Assembly: GCA_903847935.1 (NCBI GenBank) | Contig: CAINEX010000108.1 | Location: forward strand, 514-64,513 | Origin: an uncultured Spartobacteria bacterium | GTDB lineage: Bacteria; Verrucomicrobiota; Verrucomicrobiia; Chthoniobacterales; UBA6821 | Reading direction: 5' to 3' | DNA: 64,000 nt | Shown here: one piece after another, positions 17,189 through 27,532 of the stretch | Layout: each line of letters starts with the position of its first letter | Position numbering within the stretch: position 1 is the first letter of the stretch | Position numbers and translations under genes: made by a program | Notes under the pieces: generated by a model | Told to the model about the DNA's origin: nothing | The model's input: the letters and a program-made list of their open reading frames with translations, nothing else | The model's database searches: none

Positions 17189-19759
17189 TCACTTTGTCTT
17201 GAAGACTAGTTCCCCACCTAAAACGTCGGCCTTGATTGTCTGGCCCTCATGAATCCTACCATCCAGGATCTCAAGGCTCAGCGGATCAAGAATCTTGTGC
17301 TGGATGACCCGCTTGAGGGGACGTGCCCCGTAGGCAGGATCATACCCCTCCTTGGCTAGATAGGCCCTGGCCTTTTCACTAAGCTCAAGGTGTAGCTTCT
17401 GCCCCTCGAGTCGCCTTTGAAGTCTGGAAAGCTGGATATCCACAATTTTCCCGATCTCCTTGTCGCTTAAGCGGTCGAAAATCACGATCTCATCAATCCT
17501 ATTTAGGAACTCGGGTCTGAAATGCCCCCGGAGCGCTTCCATCACCCGTTTATTCCGCTCCTCCACGGCAAGATCCTCCATGATGAACTGACTGCCCAGG
17601 TTACTGGTCATGATGAGAACCGTGTTCTTAAAATCAACGGTCCTACCCTGCCCGTCAGTAATTCGACCATCATCAAGTACCTGTAGAAGCACATTGAATA
17701 CATCCCCGTGCGCCTTCTCCACCTCGTCAAAAAGAACCACCGAGTAAGGTTTTCGACGAACGGCCTCGCTTAGTTGCCCCCCCTCCTCATAGCCAACGTA
17801 TCCTGGCGGGGCCCCAATCAATCGTGCCACCGTGTGCTTTTCCATATATTCGGACATGTCGATCCGTATGATGGCTCCCTCATCATCGAAGAGAAACTCG
17901 GCCAGAGCTTTCGAAAGCTCTGTCTTGCCCACTCCCGTGGGCCCAAGGAACATGAAGGAACCGATGGGACGATTCTCCTCCTGAAGACCTGCACGAGCAC
18001 GGCGAACCGCATTAGAGACGGCCTTGATGGCATGAGCCTGTCCGATAACCCGCTCAATCAGCCGTTCCTCCATCCTGACCAACTTCTGACGCTCACCTTC
18101 CTGAAGATTGGAGACTGGAATTCCAGTCCAAACCGAGACAACCTTGGCGACATCCTCCTCCGTGACCTCTTCTTGGAGAAGAGATGTTTGACCACTCTCT
18201 GCTAACTTCAAGTTGTGGGCCTCAAGTTTTGCCGTGAGGTCGGGAATACTCCCGTACTGAATCTCGCTGGCTTTCGTGAAATCACCGTGGCGCTGGGCGA
18301 TCAGGAGTTCGTTTTTCAACTGTTCGATCTGCTCGTTGATTTTCTGGGATTTTCCGATCTCCTCTTTCTCCTTCTGCCAACGAGCCTTTAATCCCGCCCC
18401 CGTCTCTTTGATACCGGCCAGTTCTTTTTCCAGTTTTTCAAGGCGCTCTTTGCTGGCGGCATCTTTTTCCTTCCGCAGGGCCTGTCGCTCCATCTCAAGC
18501 ATCATGATCTGCCGCTCCAGTTGGTCGATTTCTGTCGGCATCGATTCAATTTCTATCTTTAGACGCGATGCCGCTTCATCGATCAGATCAACAGCCTTGT
18601 CGGGAAGAAAACGATCGGAAATATATCGCTGAGAAAGGATGGCAGCGGCCACAAGGGCGGCATCCTGAATACGAACACCGTGATGGACTTCATAGCGCTC
18701 CTTGAGTCCACGCAAGATGGCAATCGTGTCCTCAACGCTTGGTTCATTGACCATGACGGGCTGGAAACGCCGCTCCAAGGCAGCGTCCTTCTCGATATAC
18801 TTCCGATACTCGTCAAGCGTGGTTGCACCGATCGTCCGCAGTTCGCCCCGCGCAAGCTGGGGTTTGAGAAGATTGGAGGCATCCATTGATCCCTCCGCCG
18901 CACCTGCCCCGACAATGGTATGAAGTTCGTCGATGAAGAGTATGATTTCGCCTTCGGAGGACGTTACTTCCTTCAGGAAAGCTTTGAGACGGTCCTCAAA
19001 CTCTCCCCGGAACTTTGCTCCTGCCACCATGGATCCGATATCCATGGCAACAACCCTCTTGTTCTTGAGGGATTCCGGCACATCGCCGCTAACGATACGA
19101 CGGGCCAGTCCTTCAACGATTGCAGTCTTTCCAACACCTGGTTCACCGATAAGGACAGGGTTATTCTTGGTACGGCGTGATAGCACTTGCATCGTCCGCC
19201 TAATCTCCTCGTCGCGGCCTATCACGGGGTCGATCTTTCCCTTTCGGGCTAGTTCAGTGATATCTCGACCATATTTTTCAAGAGCTTGGTATTTACCCTC
19301 GGGGTTCTGATCAGTCACCCGTTGACTTCCTCGGACCTCGACAAGGGCCTTCATCAAACCTTGGTGCGTTACGCCGTTCTCCTGAAGGAGTTTTGAGAGG
19401 GAATTCTTTTCCTGACTTAAGGACAGTAGGTAATGCTCCGCGGAGAGAAATTCATCCCGAAGCTTTCCCATCTCCCGCTCCGCCCCTTCCATCGTGATGC
19501 GAAGTTCATTCCCCACAAAGGGCTGCGCCCCACCGTGTACTTTCGGAAGTCCCGCGGCGACCGACTCTAATCTGCTGATAAAGGGAGGGATGACAACCCC
19601 CATTTTCTCAAGAAGTGGTCTTGTGAGCCCTTCGCTCTGGGCTAACAGGGAGAGCATGAAGTGTTCATTGCCTATTTCCTGTTGTCCCAACCCTGAGGCG
19701 ATACCGATGGCGCTATTAAAAGCCTCTTGCATTTTGGCAGTGAATTTATCGGGTCTCAT
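17189..19759 (-). CDS. clpB: ATP-dependent disaggregase ClpB
   Basis: 856 aa with a Clp N domain, two AAA+ modules (GEPGVGKTA; GPTGVGKTE) and a long coiled-coil middle domain. Confidence 0.95.
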   Translation of the reverse strand: MRPDKFTAKMQEAFNSAIGIASGLGQQEIGNEHFMLSLLAQSEGLTRPLLEKMGVVIPPFISRLESVAAGLPKVHGGAQPFVGNELRITMEGAEREMGKLRDEFLSAEHYLLSLSQEKNSLSKLLQENGVTHQGLMKALVEVRGSQRVTDQNPEGKYQALEKYGRDITELARKGKIDPVIGRDEEIRRTMQVLSRRTKNNPVLIGEPGVGKTAIVEGLARRIVSGDVPESLKNKRVVAMDIGSMVAGAKFRGEFEDRLKAFLKEVTSSEGEIILFIDELHTIVGAGAAEGSMDASNLLKPQLARGELRTIGATTLDEYRKYIEKDAALERRFQPVMVNEPSVEDTIAILRGLKERYEVHHGVRIQDAALVAAAILSQRYISDRFLPDKAVDLIDEAASRLKIEIESMPTEIDQLERQIMMLEMERQALRKEKDAASKERLEKLEKELAGIKETGAGLKARWQKEKEEIGKSQKINEQIEQLKNELLIAQRHGDFTKASEIQYGSIPDLTAKLEAHNLKLAESGQTSLLQEEVTEEDVAKVVSVWTGIPVSNLQEGERQKLVRMEERLIERVIGQAHAIKAVSNAVRRARAGLQEENRPIGSFMFLGPTGVGKTELSKALAEFLFDDEGAIIRIDMSEYMEKHTVARLIGAPPGYVGYEEGGQLSEAVRRKPYSVVLFDEVEKAHGDVFNVLLQVLDDGRITDGQGRTVDFKNTVLIMTSNLGSQFIMEDLAVEERNKRVMEALRGHFRPEFLNRIDEIVIFDRLSDKEIGKIVDIQLSRLQRRLEGQKLHLELSEKARAYLAKEGYDPAYGARPLKRVIQHKILDPLSLEILDGRIHEGQTIKADVLGGELVFKTK

Positions 19760-19783
19760 GGGAATTCTATATGTGAGATGAAT

Positions 19784-20980
19784 TTATTTAGATGGAGTAA
19801 CAAGTTTGATCCCGCGGCGAAGGAATGTCGGCACATCAAGGTCCTCACCTTCGACGATCGTCGGTTCGCTCTTGTCAAAACGACCACGCTGGTAGGAGTC
19901 AAGTTCCAGCACCCCTTGTGTCTGGTTATTCATGGAGTTTGATTTGGCCACTACTGCATGTTGCTTGACCCTTGTGGCAATTTCCTTTTTAGGACGCCCC
20001 TGTGTTGAGGCCATCGGGGAAACCTTGTCCAAAACTTCCTCCAATTTCTTTTCCTCGACCGAAAGGTCCGGTGCATCGGGTGTGGCTATGATGAAAATCT
20101 CAAGTTCGGAAACTGAAAGCGCACTTACATCGACTCCGGCCTTAATTTGACATTTCTTTCCCGCAATTCGTTCGACTTCCTCAAGCGCAACTTGCATTTC
20201 GGCGAACGAAAGATCTTTGGGGCCTCTCAATAGAAGCAGAATCATCCGTGCATCGCCGATCACTGAGGGACCCTCTTTCTTTTTCATCAACGGGGAACGA
20301 AGAGCTCGTTCAAGAGCTTCATGAAGACGGTTACCCCCCTCTGCCCGCCCATAGCCAAAATTCATCGGAGTCGCATCTCCCAATGCCAGTGCGAGATCCC
20401 CACGGGTAATCTTCATCGGCCCGGCCGTGATTAACATGCCCTGCAAAGCCCTCACGGAAGAGTAAAGAAGGTCGTCTGAAAGTTGAAAGGCCGTTCCCAC
20501 TGACGATTGGGTTGGATCGCTTCCTGTGAGGCGATCGTTCTCGATGACTGCAACGGAATCACAGACTCCCCGAAGTTTTTTTAACGCGGAATTTGCCAAC
20601 TCCCCTTTCTGCTTCCCCTCAAAACCGAATGGGATACCGACGCAGGCCAAGGTAACTAACCCCATAGTCTTTGCCCTGGCAGCCAGCAACGGAATCATCA
20701 CCGAAGCCGTTTCTCCTCCTAACCCTCCACACAAAAGCACGGATGCCGATCCCTCGATGGACTTGGCAAAATCTTCCTCAACAGAGAGAAAGCCATCTCT
20801 CACATCCCCGTAAGGCAGAGTGATCTTTTTCGTGACAATGGAGGCACCAAGGGATTCGGAATCATTGTTAATAATCATGAGCCCGGTCATCCCCGGGTTT
20901 TCAATGTTCAGGCGATCCAGAATTCCGACCCCAGCATTACCGACACCGATCACCATGCGAGGACGAGGCAAAGTTGTCAT
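19784..20980 (-). CDS. ftsZ: FtsZ homolog with degenerate nucleotide-binding motifs
   Basis: 398 aa, last gene of the dcw cluster; its start overlaps the ftsA stop by 4 nt. Collinear with FtsZ (VIGVG..., IINND, PFGFEG, IEND), with the conserved C-terminal peptide DLDVPTFLRRG. The tubulin signature reads GGETASV instead of GGGTGTG (see findings). Confidence 0.8.
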   Translation of the reverse strand: MTTLPRPRMVIGVGNAGVGILDRLNIENPGMTGLMIINNDSESLGASIVTKKITLPYGDVRDGFLSVEEDFAKSIEGSASVLLCGGLGGETASVMIPLLAARAKTMGLVTLACVGIPFGFEGKQKGELANSALKKLRGVCDSVAVIENDRLTGSDPTQSSVGTAFQLSDDLLYSSVRALQGMLITAGPMKITRGDLALALGDATPMNFGYGRAEGGNRLHEALERALRSPLMKKKEGPSVIGDARMILLLLRGPKDLSFAEMQVALEEVERIAGKKCQIKAGVDVSALSVSELEIFIIATPDAPDLSVEEKKLEEVLDKVSPMASTQGRPKKEIATRVKQHAVVAKSNSMNNQTQGVLELDSYQRGRFDKSEPTIVEGEDLDVPTFLRRGIKLVTPSK

Positions 20981-22206
20981 CGGGACCTCCCTCTAAAAAT
21001 ACCCCCGATGCCTTTTGTTAGTTTTTCAAAAACGCTCTCTTCCTGGATATTTTCACTGACAGCCATCGCATACTTTGTCAGTCCGATTGCAGTGGAAAAC
21101 TGCGGGTTTTCAAAGGTCTGTGTGGCACCGCCAACTTCCTTAGCCCTGGTCAGGTGGGCCGGAATTTCAAAAACATCCTCAGCAACAGTGGCTATGCCCC
21201 GAAGACGTGAACTGCCACCCGTAATCATTACTCCCGCTCGCAGCATTCCGATCATTCCTTCATGCGATCCCTCTATATCTTTTCTGACAAGTTCAAAGAT
21301 TTCACACACACGCTGATTAATAATGATTTGTAGAGAGGCCCTGCTGATATCACATCCGAGGAAACCAAGATCATTTTTAAGTGTAATCGTGCCAAGGTCG
21401 GCACCTTTCGGATCGATTGCCGAACCCTCTTGGATTTTCAGCAATTCGGAGCGTTGCATGGGCAATCTCAGCCCGATTGAAATGTCATTGGTGATATGAT
21501 CTCCCCCAAGAGGAAGCACTCCGGAATGTCGAACCGATCCGTTGTAATAGACCAGAAAATCGGTAGTCCCCCCCCCGATATCAATCACAAGTGCTCCTAG
21601 ATCCTTCTGATGCTGCGTCACTGCCACCTGAGCACTGGCGAGGGAACTCAAAACCACATCCTCAATGCCAAGTTTCAGCGATTCAATGCACCGGAGAGTG
21701 TTGTGAATCCTTGTCTTGATCCCATGTACGATATGAAAATCGGCTTCCAACTTCTGGCATTCCATCCTGATGGGATCGATGACATCCCTTCTGCCATCCA
21801 CATGGTAGCCTTGAAGAATCGTATGAAGAAAAATATTCTGCGCGGGTAGGGAGACCTCTTTTGCATTGGTTTCAACAGTCTTCAAGTCTTCCTCGATGAT
21901 GACATCGCGTTCTTCCGGGAGCATAAATGTGCCGCGGTTATTGAAGCTTTTAAGATGAGATCCGGAGATCGCAACCCATACGTTGCGTATCTCGACGTTA
22001 GTCTTCTCCTCGGCATCTATCAAGGCCTCATGAATGCACTCGCTTACAGTTGCGAGGTCGACGATCTCTCCTTTGCGAACTCCACGGGAGGGTGTTTCAC
22101 CAACACCGAGGATGCTGATTGTCCCGTCAGATCTTCCTTCCGAGACAATAACGCAGATTTTTGTCGTTCCAATTTCAAGACCTACAAAGATTTGCTCGGA
22201 TGGCAT
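20977..22206 (-). CDS. ftsA: Cell division protein FtsA
   Basis: 409 aa with an actin-like fold (VGLEIGTTKICV, IDIGGGTTD, ITGGSS) and a C-terminal amphipathic helix (FEKLTKGIGGIFRG). Confidence 0.92.
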   Translation of the reverse strand: MPSEQIFVGLEIGTTKICVIVSEGRSDGTISILGVGETPSRGVRKGEIVDLATVSECIHEALIDAEEKTNVEIRNVWVAISGSHLKSFNNRGTFMLPEERDVIIEEDLKTVETNAKEVSLPAQNIFLHTILQGYHVDGRRDVIDPIRMECQKLEADFHIVHGIKTRIHNTLRCIESLKLGIEDVVLSSLASAQVAVTQHQKDLGALVIDIGGGTTDFLVYYNGSVRHSGVLPLGGDHITNDISIGLRLPMQRSELLKIQEGSAIDPKGADLGTITLKNDLGFLGCDISRASLQIIINQRVCEIFELVRKDIEGSHEGMIGMLRAGVMITGGSSRLRGIATVAEDVFEIPAHLTRAKEVGGATQTFENPQFSTAIGLTKYAMAVSENIQEESVFEKLTKGIGGIFRGRSR

Positions 22207-22217
22207 GGAGGTGTTTT

Positions 22218-23171
22218 TTACTTTTGAGGTCCCTTCTTCCCGGGATTTAACGGAATGATTTTATTGCTTGTCTTCTCGGGGGTGAGCACAAAGGTCACCG
22301 GGGTGTTGCGTGTGATCATCAGATTCGCCGTTTCTAGATGTCTCCCTGTTTCCTGACAGTGCTCCAGTAATTTTTTCAAACGTTCAATCTGTGAGGGGAT
22401 GTCCTTGCCTCCAAAGGTAAATCTCGCACCTGAAGCATCGGTGACGACGACGTCATAGGATTTGGAAACATCTATCGAGCGGATCTTGAATGCGTCTTCT
22501 GGAATTGCAGAGAGAGCTTTCTGTAGGCGCAGGGCAAAATCAACACGTTCATTTTCCAGATGGCTGCCGGATGCCGCATTTGTCATATCAACCCCTTTCA
22601 GAGTTGGAAGGTTCAAAAATTCAGGATTCAACCTAACAGGTGTGAACAAATAGGCGTTTTCATCGCAGAGAAAACTCTTCCCGGGAATATATGTGTCATC
22701 GCCGACTTCCTCATTTTTTTCTGGAATTAGAAAGACCGGATGGCGGCGCTCCAAGTCAACCTTGATGGTATCAGGAAGAATACGCTCGAGATTCACCGTG
22801 AGAACTTCCGGATGAGCGGCAAGTCTCCTATTGGCCTGATCTAGGTCGAGAAGAAAGAGATTTTGACCATTGGTGAATCCGGTTGTCTGCACGAACTCCT
22901 CCATGTCCATGATGCCGTCAAAGTGTGCATCAATGTGATTGAGCGAATATTCGCTATTTTTAAAAAAGAATTTTTGGGCAGCCAACCGTCCGACTCCAGC
23001 CAAAAGACAAAAAATGATAACGGTTGAAAAAACCTTCCAAAGCACATTGCCGGCCTTCTGGCGTCTTTGCCGTCTAAGACTCGCCGTGCGGACATTAAGC
23101 TCCATAAGGTGTTGCCGTCCCGGGGATCTTCCCGCTTTTCTGCGATTCAGTCCGGAACGTTTTGTGTTCAT
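22218..23171 (-). CDS. ftsQ: Cell division protein FtsQ/DivIB
   Basis: Bitopic protein: basic N-terminus, one TM (VFSTVIIFCLLAGVG), then POTRA-like and FtsQ domains. I prefer the ATG at 23171, which forms an ATGA overlap with the ddl stop. The track ORF extends to 23210. Confidence 0.8.
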   Translation of the reverse strand: MNTKRSGLNRRKAGRSPGRQHLMELNVRTASLRRQRRQKAGNVLWKVFSTVIIFCLLAGVGRLAAQKFFFKNSEYSLNHIDAHFDGIMDMEEFVQTTGFTNGQNLFLLDLDQANRRLAAHPEVLTVNLERILPDTIKVDLERRHPVFLIPEKNEEVGDDTYIPGKSFLCDENAYLFTPVRLNPEFLNLPTLKGVDMTNAASGSHLENERVDFALRLQKALSAIPEDAFKIRSIDVSKSYDVVVTDASGARFTFGGKDIPSQIERLKKLLEHCQETGRHLETANLMITRNTPVTFVLTPEKTSNKIIPLNPGKKGPQK

Positions 23172-24091
23172 ACGGGTTTGGCAAGCGATAATGCCGCTAT
23201 TCTGCAGCAAAGGGAGATAAAATCCAGTCCGGCTACGGCCGCCGCCTTAGGAAGGAGGCTCGTCTCCGTCATTCCCGGAATTGTATTGATTTCAAGGACC
23301 GTAGGGCCTGATTCCGAAAGGAGAACATCCACACGGCAATAGACCTTCAATCCCAGTGCCCTGGTGGCAGCCAGGGCGATTTCTTGCACCAGAGAGGTCT
23401 CAAAATCACTTAGGGGAGCCGGCACCAGATACTGCGTCGCTCCCTTGGTGTATTTATTGCTGTAATCATAAAAGCCTTCATGGGGTTTGATTTCAACGAC
23501 CGGTAAAGCTTCGGTTCCTAAAATACCGACTGTGAGTTCCCTCCCGGACACGAGTTCTTCCACAAGAATCTCCTCTCCATAAAAGAAGCAATCAGTCATT
23601 GCAGGAACAATTTGCTCTATGTTGTGAATCAGGTGCACCCCAACGCTCGACCCCTGCTTTGGTGCTTTGATGACGATCGGCAAAGGCAGGGAGGGCATTT
23701 CTCCCTTTCTTAAGATTTCCCAACGGGGTGTTGGCACCCCATGCATTTCTAGTGCTTTTTTTGTAAGAATCTTATCAAAAGCAAGACGACTTTCCACAGC
23801 CCCCTCACCTGTGTAGGCAATGCCCAGATCATCCAAAACATCCTGCAACGACCCGTCTTCCCCGAATGTTCCGTGGATGAGGTTGAATACAAGCTCTGTC
23901 TCTTCCGGGATAATGACATCACAATTTTCTACCCTGATTTCCCGCACTTTAGCCCCCGCGGAGCGTAGAGCTGACGAAACTGCAGCGCCCGAACGCATGG
24001 AAACCTCAGACTCCGGTCCCGGCCCTCCCATCAGGACGGTCAGGTTGCAATTGTGGGGATCGTATGGAGAAAATCTGCTCATATCAGGCAA
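23168..24091 (-). CDS. ddl: D-alanine--D-alanine ligase
   Basis: 307 aa ATP-grasp protein (GGPGPESEVSMRSG, HGTFGEDGSLQ, EINTIPGMTETS). Confidence 0.92.
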   Translation of the reverse strand: MPDMSRFSPYDPHNCNLTVLMGGPGPESEVSMRSGAAVSSALRSAGAKVREIRVENCDVIIPEETELVFNLIHGTFGEDGSLQDVLDDLGIAYTGEGAVESRLAFDKILTKKALEMHGVPTPRWEILRKGEMPSLPLPIVIKAPKQGSSVGVHLIHNIEQIVPAMTDCFFYGEEILVEELVSGRELTVGILGTEALPVVEIKPHEGFYDYSNKYTKGATQYLVPAPLSDFETSLVQEIALAATRALGLKVYCRVDVLLSESGPTVLEINTIPGMTETSLLPKAAAVAGLDFISLCCRIAALSLAKPV

Positions 24092-24094
24092 TTC

Positions 24095-26428
24095 TTAATC
24101 CATCTGATCCAAACCTACGATACTGACTTCGGTTTCTAAAAGCACACCTCTCTTTTCAAGCACAGTTTCCCTTACATGCTGAATGAGGCCAAGGATCTCG
24201 GAGGCTGTTGCAGTACCATCGTTGACAATGAAATTGGCATGGATATCGGATATGCGAGCCCCTCCCATTGAGTAGTTTTTGAGACCCAGTTCGTCAATGA
24301 GTCGACCGGCCGAGATACCTGCTGGGTTTTTAAAAATGCAACCCGAACTTGCCGCGACTGGCTGACTCTCCTTGCGATGCCTGAGTGAGGAGGCAAGAAG
24401 GTCATCTATGGTCTCCATGCTTGCCGGCGCACCGATCAAGGTTGCTGAGAGGGCAATATGATCCTTTAGCAGAGGGATGTCACGGTATCGGACTTCCATC
24501 TCTGCCGGTGTGCGGGAGATGATGTTTCCATCAGTGTCGGAAAAACGAATTCTCTCCACTTGTTCAAAAGTCTGGACTCCCATTGCCCCGGCATTCATGC
24601 GGAGTGCTCCCCCCAGATTTCCGGGAATCCCATCCATCCATTCGAATCCGGTGAGACCGGCATTACGGGCAGTTGCGGCGAGTTGCTTGAGCTTAACACC
24701 AACACCAGCATTGATTTTATTTTCCTCAACGCGGCATTCGGAAAAACACCCACGAGCCAAGTGAGCCACCACTCCGGGGAATCCTCCATCCCTTACAATG
24801 AGATTTGATCCCCTTCCCATGACCATTAAGGGAATATTTTCGTCGTGGCAAAATCTTATCAGCTCTGCAAATCCTTCTTCGGTCTCCGGTTCAATCCAGA
24901 ACCGAGCGGGGCCTCCAACCCTCATGGTGGTGTGCTTTGATAGCGGTTCGGCAAGACGAAGAGAGCCTGATCCAAAAACCGCCCTTAGTCGCGCTCCTAA
25001 CCGAAGTTCTTCGGCCAAATAGGAGGCTGCTTCATGGATGTTGCCTGCTCCAAGTGTCAGGAGTATATCACCCTCTTTCAAGCAGGCCGCAACAGCATAG
25101 GCGCCATTCTTTACCGAACTGACGGTTGCAATTGCCGGCTGTCCGGCAACTTTCGCGGCGATGACGATTGAATCGGCATCAGCACCCTCGATGGGGGCCT
25201 CTCCCGCAGAATAAACTGGTGTGACAAAAACCAAATCCGCATCTCGAAAAGCCGATCCAAATTGCTCTCTTAAAGCGGCGGTCCGAGTGAATCGGTGCGG
25301 TTGAAATAGAACCACCAATCTTCCTTTTTGCTTCAGGCCCTTGCGGGCTGTAGCGAGCGTAGCCTGAATTTCAGTGGGGTGATGACCATAGTCATCGAAA
25401 ATGCTGTTTTCCGGATCCTGATACTTCAGTTCAAAACGACGTTTCGCCCCTCGAAAAGATTCAAGAGCAGTTGCGATTGTATCAAATGGGATTCCAAGGT
25501 CACAAGCCAGAGCGATGACGAGCATCGCATTACTGGCATTATGGGCCCCCGAAATACCTAATTGCACGCTACCGAGGCACACCTCTCCTTTGAAAACAGT
25601 AAAGCGGGTGATAAATCCAATCTCCTCTACACCCTCGATCCTGTAATGACAGTGCTTGCTTGTTCCCACTGGGATAGATCGTTCGTGCGATGAGCAGACA
25701 AGGGCGGCTCCCTTGTCATCAGCCCAATAATAAACATTTCCCGATGTCTGGCTTAGAAGCTGACCAAAGACCCGGTTAATAGCATCAATATCTTCATAGT
25801 GATCGAGGTGTTCCGGCTCGATGTTGAGGAGAAGTGAATGGGTTGGATGGTAATGTACCAATGTTCCATCACTCTCATCCCCCTCCGCCACAAAATGCTC
25901 CCCGTCGGAAACCCATCTTGCATTCGTTCCAAGAATTGGAATTTCGGCTCCCACATAATGGGATGGCTTTAATCCCCCCGCACGTAGTACATGCGCGGCC
26001 ATTGCCGATGTGGTTGTTTTCCCATGCATCCCACAGACCACGATACCCTTTTTTCCCGACATCACTGCGGCAAGAACCTCGGCACGTCGGGCCAATTTTT
26101 TTTGAAGTTTTAATGCCGTGTCCAGAGCGGGATTTCCAGGATGGATTGCGGAGGAATAAATCACCAGGTCTGCCAGCGCGACAAGTCCGGTTCCGTGCGG
26201 AGTTTCAAATTCCAGTCCTTTGCGCCTCAAACGATCAATCTCAAGCGTTTCGACCTTGTCGGATCCAGTGACATGGTGCCCAAGGGCCAACAAGAGTGCA
26301 GCAATCCCGCTCATTCCGGAACCAGCAACCCCGATGAGATGGATGCGCCGGGATTCATGCCCAAGCAAAAAAGAAGCGAGGGACGCAGGTTCAGCAAGGG
26401 CGGTGTCTGAATCGTTCAGGAGGCTCAT
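24095..26428 (-). CDS. murC/murB: Bifunctional MurC (UDP-MurNAc--L-Ala ligase) / MurB (UDP-GlcNAc-enolpyruvate reductase) fusion
   Basis: 777 aa. The N-terminal ~470 aa are a Mur ligase (GVAGSGMSG, GMHGKTTTS). The C-terminal ~300 aa are MurB (LSKHTTMRVGGPARFW, MGRGSNLIVRDGGFPG, RISDIHANFIVN). It is one continuous frame with the junction near nt 25000. Confidence 0.9.
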   Translation of the reverse strand: MSLLNDSDTALAEPASLASFLLGHESRRIHLIGVAGSGMSGIAALLLALGHHVTGSDKVETLEIDRLRRKGLEFETPHGTGLVALADLVIYSSAIHPGNPALDTALKLQKKLARRAEVLAAVMSGKKGIVVCGMHGKTTTSAMAAHVLRAGGLKPSHYVGAEIPILGTNARWVSDGEHFVAEGDESDGTLVHYHPTHSLLLNIEPEHLDHYEDIDAINRVFGQLLSQTSGNVYYWADDKGAALVCSSHERSIPVGTSKHCHYRIEGVEEIGFITRFTVFKGEVCLGSVQLGISGAHNASNAMLVIALACDLGIPFDTIATALESFRGAKRRFELKYQDPENSIFDDYGHHPTEIQATLATARKGLKQKGRLVVLFQPHRFTRTAALREQFGSAFRDADLVFVTPVYSAGEAPIEGADADSIVIAAKVAGQPAIATVSSVKNGAYAVAACLKEGDILLTLGAGNIHEAASYLAEELRLGARLRAVFGSGSLRLAEPLSKHTTMRVGGPARFWIEPETEEGFAELIRFCHDENIPLMVMGRGSNLIVRDGGFPGVVAHLARGCFSECRVEENKINAGVGVKLKQLAATARNAGLTGFEWMDGIPGNLGGALRMNAGAMGVQTFEQVERIRFSDTDGNIISRTPAEMEVRYRDIPLLKDHIALSATLIGAPASMETIDDLLASSLRHRKESQPVAASSGCIFKNPAGISAGRLIDELGLKNYSMGGARISDIHANFIVNDGTATASEILGLIQHVRETVLEKRGVLLETEVSIVGLDQMD

Positions 26429-27522
26429 CTTCCAAACTCCTCTAGGACATTGGCAACACGCTCAGCAGCTCCACGGGGCAAGATCCCTTCAGCTGCCTCG
26501 GCCATTCGTGACCTTCGCCTCTGGTCGGTGAGAAGGTTTCGGATCAAAAGTGCGATGGCTTCCGGTTCCGTTGACTTCTCCTCAAGTATCTCCGCGGCAT
26601 GACGGTTGCGGAAGGCCTCGGCATTCCTATGCTGGTGACGATCGGCGGCGAACGGGAAAGGAATAAGGATTGAAGGCAGACCGAATTGGGAAATCTCGCT
26701 CAAACTTGCGGCTCCGGCTCTGGAAACGACCAGATCGGCCGCCGAATAGACTTCAGCCATCCTATGATGAAAAGGTGAAACGTGGGCCCTGATACCCTCC
26801 CGCTGATAATTGATGGCGGCAAGGTTGTCATCCCTGTCTCCAGTAAGATGTATGATCTGCATCGGATCACCCTTGAAGAAAACCGCCGCACGGAAGAGCA
26901 GTTGATTAATTCCCGCAGCTCCCTGACTTCCTCCCATCACCAGTAGCGTTGATAAATTCGGATCCAAACCAAAAGTGATGCGGGCCTCAGATTTCGAAAG
27001 AGGGATACCCAAGTCCTTGCGAACAGGTGTTCCCGTAATAATACATTCTCTGCCTTGGAAGGATGCCTCGCAGACCTCCAATCCCAAGAGGACTTTGTTC
27101 GTCCATCTGGCGGCAAGCTTGTTGGCCCTGCCAGCGATTGCATTCGACTCATGAAGAAAACTGGGAATCTTCCTCAGGTGTGCCGCGAGCAGCGGGGCTG
27201 CCGATGTGAAACCTCCCATACCTAGGACGGCAGAGGGAAGATAACGTGCGTACAGATGACTGCAGGTGGAAAAACTTTCCCAACTTCTCTTGACGAATCT
27301 TGGGAATGCCGGGGAAAGAATCGAGGGCATTCCAATTGAGGGAAGTTTTTCCCTTCTGAATTCAGGATGATCCCAGAGGGCGGTTGCATCAATTTCCTTT
27401 TCAGATACGAGCAACATGACTCCGTGACCACGTCCATGAAGCGTCTCCGCCACGGCTAGACCTGGGAAAAGATGGCCTCCAGTTCCGCCGCACGCGATGA
27501 TAAATTGTTTAGGAACACCCAT
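26425..27522 (-). CDS. murG: Undecaprenyl-PP-MurNAc-pentapeptide GlcNAc transferase MurG
   Basis: IIACGGTGGHLFPGLAVAE motif. I place the start at Met14 (ATG 27522), 10 nt after the ftsW stop. The track ORF extends to 27561. Confidence 0.9.
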   Translation of the reverse strand: MGVPKQFIIACGGTGGHLFPGLAVAETLHGRGHGVMLLVSEKEIDATALWDHPEFRREKLPSIGMPSILSPAFPRFVKRSWESFSTCSHLYARYLPSAVLGMGGFTSAAPLLAAHLRKIPSFLHESNAIAGRANKLAARWTNKVLLGLEVCEASFQGRECIITGTPVRKDLGIPLSKSEARITFGLDPNLSTLLVMGGSQGAAGINQLLFRAAVFFKGDPMQIIHLTGDRDDNLAAINYQREGIRAHVSPFHHRMAEVYSAADLVVSRAGAASLSEISQFGLPSILIPFPFAADRHQHRNAEAFRNRHAAEILEEKSTEPEAIALLIRNLLTDQRRRSRMAEAAEGILPRGAAERVANVLEEFGR

Positions 27523-27532
27523 TCTCAAAAGA

